A stretch of DNA of 64,000 nt. Source: Curvularia clavata (Eukaryota). The stretch spans positions 1,550,001 through 1,614,000 of the forward strand of contig CP089281.1 of NCBI GenBank assembly GCA_023920165.1, read 5' to 3'. The notes under the pieces are model-generated. The model was given only the letters and a program-made list of their open reading frames with translations. It had not been told where the DNA came from and ran no database searches. Position 1 is the first letter of the stretch, and each line of letters starts with the position of its first letter. Positions 61,001-64,000 of the stretch are shown here, in pieces. A program made the position numbers and the translations under genes.

Positions 61001-64000
61001 AGCATCTCCTGAAAGGACACTGTTAGAGATGAAATAACCCCCGAGGCTCGGGGGATCAGGGGGTGAACAAACATACCTGTCCCAAATTGAAGAGCCTTCC
61101 CAACCTTCCCTGCGTCAAAGACATCCGGATCGGCAAAGGGGATGTTAGAAGTACTGATAAACGCGTGAATCATCTTTTGGAGGCTCTCGAGCAACGTCTC
61201 AACATCTTCCTTGCTGTATATGTCTCCACGAGCGATTAGCATGAGGTGGCATGTATTACTTCCTGAGTCATCTATTATATCAAAAGAAAGGTCGTAAGGG
61301 AGTTCGGAAGCCTGAAACGACAGCAATTCCAGTTCACATTCTCCCCACGACTGTCTTTTTCGCATTCCCTGGCGATAGTCGAAGAAGGTCTGGAAGATTG
61401 GCGCCTGCGTTGCGGAACGGGATACGCCGAGCCTATTTTTTTCTTTGGTCAGGAATATTCTATATGAAAAGGCCAATGCTACAGATGATGGGTGGGTATG
61501 AACATGTACAAAAGGAAGGAGAAGGCGACTTACTCGTTTAACAAAAGCTGAAATGGGACACCTGAATGGGCCAAGGCGGAATTGGCCTTGGATTTGGTCT
61601 CTTGAAGCTCTGCTTCAAATCTCTGCGACGCACTATTGGGGAAGCGTAAAGGTAGGAGGTTGATATATGGGCCTAGCCCCTCCATAGCACCTTCATGAGA
61701 TCTGTTTGCATCAGCTATACCAATGCATACTTCTTCTGCATCTGCGTATCGCAACAACAATGCACGGAACGCGGTCAAGAAGAAGTGGAACGGTCTGACT
61801 TTGCAGCGCCGACAGACTTCCCAGATACGTGATTTAGTTACAGAATCAACAGTCAGGTCGACTCGCTGGTTCTGGTATTTGGTATATACCGGATGGGTAG
61901 TGGCTGCAGAGATGCGTAAAACTGGTAGCGGTGGTGGGCATGGGGTAAGCTGCTCCTTCCAAAAGCGCAGACTCTCTTCAAGCCTACCGTCCTTGACAGC
62001 CTTGCGTTGAGTTTCTGCAAATGTAGAATATTGGTAGACAGAAGCGCTCTCAGCGATTGATGTATCGTTTTTGTACAGACGCAACAAATCTTGCATCAGG
62101 ATCGACCCAGATATCCCATCCAAGACCAAAGAATGCGTACCATGAAGGAGGAAATGGACGTTAGGAGACAGCTCGAGGAGGATGATTCGTAGGCATTCTC
62201 CAAGCTCCACGTCGTACGCATAGCTCTGCAGCTCCTTGAAAACAGGCATGACTTCCTCCTCGCTGGAGATGTGCCTGTGTTCCAGACTTAACCGGCTGGA
62301 CTCCATGATGCCCTGTTGCGGCCGGTTGTCGAAAGCCTTGAAACAGGTCCGCAACACTTCATGACGCTTGCCAAGTTGCACAACTGCCCTCTTCAAATCT
62401 GCTACGCGGAGAGAGCCTGTCATACGAAACAGACCAGTGTGGTTCAGCCCAGCCATACCATTCAGGAACTTTAGAACGAACCAGAACATTGCTTGACTGA
62501 ATGAGAGCTCTGTCCATCTCTCAACTGCTATTTCCACAGTCTTGGTGGTAGAGATTGCATGATCCAATTTCTCGGGAACCAGCATAATGGATGTCTCTGC
62601 ATTGGAGCTAGTCGGGGAGTTGGAGCCCTTGGTGTCAGTCGAATTTGATGATGAATAGTCAGAAACGGTACTTTTGTCACTGCTCTCAATAACATTGAGC
62701 GCCTCAGACTGCAAAGAAAAGGGAGCATTGGGCTGTGCCGAGTTGTTGGAATCGGATGACGGAACGTTTGGTATGAGAACAGATGGTAAACTATCCACAG
62801 CATGAGAGATAAGCTGGCGGATAGACAGACCGCTAAGGATCTTCATAACTGGTAAATTGGCGTTGACGGTTTTCAGGAGCCAACTTCGAATCTCCACGGC
62901 AAGAAGAGAATCAAGGCCTATCCCATCCAAAGTAAGGTCCAAGAATTGGGAATCGCTCAGATCGGCACTGCCTTGAACCTGGAACAAAGAACAGATGAAA
63001 GGTTTCATGGCAACTGTCATGATCTGTGCTACCTGTGCACTACTTTTGGCAGCCGAGAGTTGAGACTTGACAGAAGTTTTTTCCGTAGAAGGCTTAGAGA
63101 CATCCATAGCACCGTTGTTGGAAATGAAATGCGTCGCGGTTGGGTTGTCGAACCAATAGGGCAGCTTTTCTGGATTGGAGTTGACTTTATGCAGTCCCAT
63201 GACGATTTCCGTATTTCCAGTTGACTCCGTACCCTTCTGTCCGGCGGCAATTGCTTCGGCGAATACTTGATGGAAGTCCTGTTCTGCGGTGAGGGAGTAG
63301 CCTGATGTACGTGGGAAATTTGTCTTGGTCCTGTCGCTCTTTTCTGTTACATAGCCAACGCCTAATATCGGCGCAATGTGCATAACCGAGGCAGCGAGGC
63401 CACGGTTCCTGCGCTGCTCCATAAGACTGGTCATGAACATGTTGGCAGCAGCATAATTCGACTGCCCAGGATTTCCAGTCACAGCAACAATGGAGGAGAA
63501 TGCCACGAAAAAGTCGAGATCGACGTCCAAGAAGAGCTTGTCGAGGTTGATGGTACCTTGAACTTTGGGGTGGCAGACCTTCTGCATATCTTCCAGGGTC
63601 ATGTTATCGAGTGTTGTATCTACCAACACCATGGCGGCAGAGACGACGCCCCCAATCGGCGGCATGGCGGAACAGATATCCTCATAGAGTGCATGGGTCT
63701 GCTCTAGATCTGTGAGATCGCTGCGATGAAAAAAAAAGGTGAAGTCAGCTAATGCAGTTCACAAAGAGGATTACTGCTGGAATTCTAACTTACTTGGAAT
63801 AAACCTTGACAACCCCGCCGAGCAAAGCGATTCTATCCAGCCATGTACGAGAAATATCAGGATTACGGCTGGTCATGACGATATATTTTGCACCTCGAGA
63901 AATCATCCACTCGCAAAGGGACAGACCCAGACTGCCAGTGAGTCCCGCAAGCCAGTATGTCTTGGAACTGGAAAAGAGACTTTGATCATCCACTGGTCGG
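58013..64000 (-). CDS. Hybrid PKS-NRPS, 3' part (KR-ACP-C-A-T-R); 5' PKS domains lie beyond the window end
   Basis: KR: TYWLAGLTGSLG, GQSNYAAAN. ACP: GLDSLLAVEIRSW. C: LSFSQAMFWF, HEVLRT, HSLVLDG. A: YTSGSTGAPKG, YGPTE, HRTGD, KLRGLRI, SGKLDR. T: FFHAGGTS. R: LTGATGLVG, GYSASKW. Introns 63721-63793, 61433-61533 and 61009-61076. Confidence 0.96.

Overview
Eukaryotic, gene-dense, intron-containing DNA from a filamentous ascomycete. The short GT..AG introns with CTAAC/CTGAC branch sites and the gene content suggest a Dothideomycete; the lineage is inferred. About 27 protein-coding loci were reconstructed by hand. Positions 1-53 kb are mostly housekeeping genes: GPI17/PIG-S, a DJ-1/PfpI protein, a chromate transporter, PRP17, ERV14, MAP1, BNA4, a FAH-family hydrolase, ECI1, an ABC1 kinase, YAE1, an SDR, an AspE-type septin, a histidine phosphatase, ILV1, a BCAS3-like protein, cystinosin and a Pth11-like protein. 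An accessory-looking block at ~15-27 kb carries a free-standing AA8 cytochrome, a DUF1996 protein, a Na/K-ATPase-like (ACU) pump and an unknown membrane protein. The right end (53-64 kb) holds gene relics, a tannase/feruloyl esterase, a RIP-like AT-rich scar with microsatellites, and the 3' part of a hybrid PKS-NRPS (KR-ACP-C-A-T-R). Highlights: (1) a 4-exon single-C2H2 zinc-finger gene not recovered by the ORF track, head-to-head with ILV1, whose finger is split by an unusually long intron; (2) a non-canonical C-domain motif (HSLVLDG) in the PKS-NRPS; (3) a DJ-1/PfpI protein with Asp at the nucleophilic Cys position; (4) a tail-to-tail AA8 + DUF1996 pair; (5) a tannase whose signal peptide appears to be hidden in a shifted frame; (6) a candidate in-frame optional intron in MAP1. 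No rRNA, tRNA or CRISPR features were recognised.
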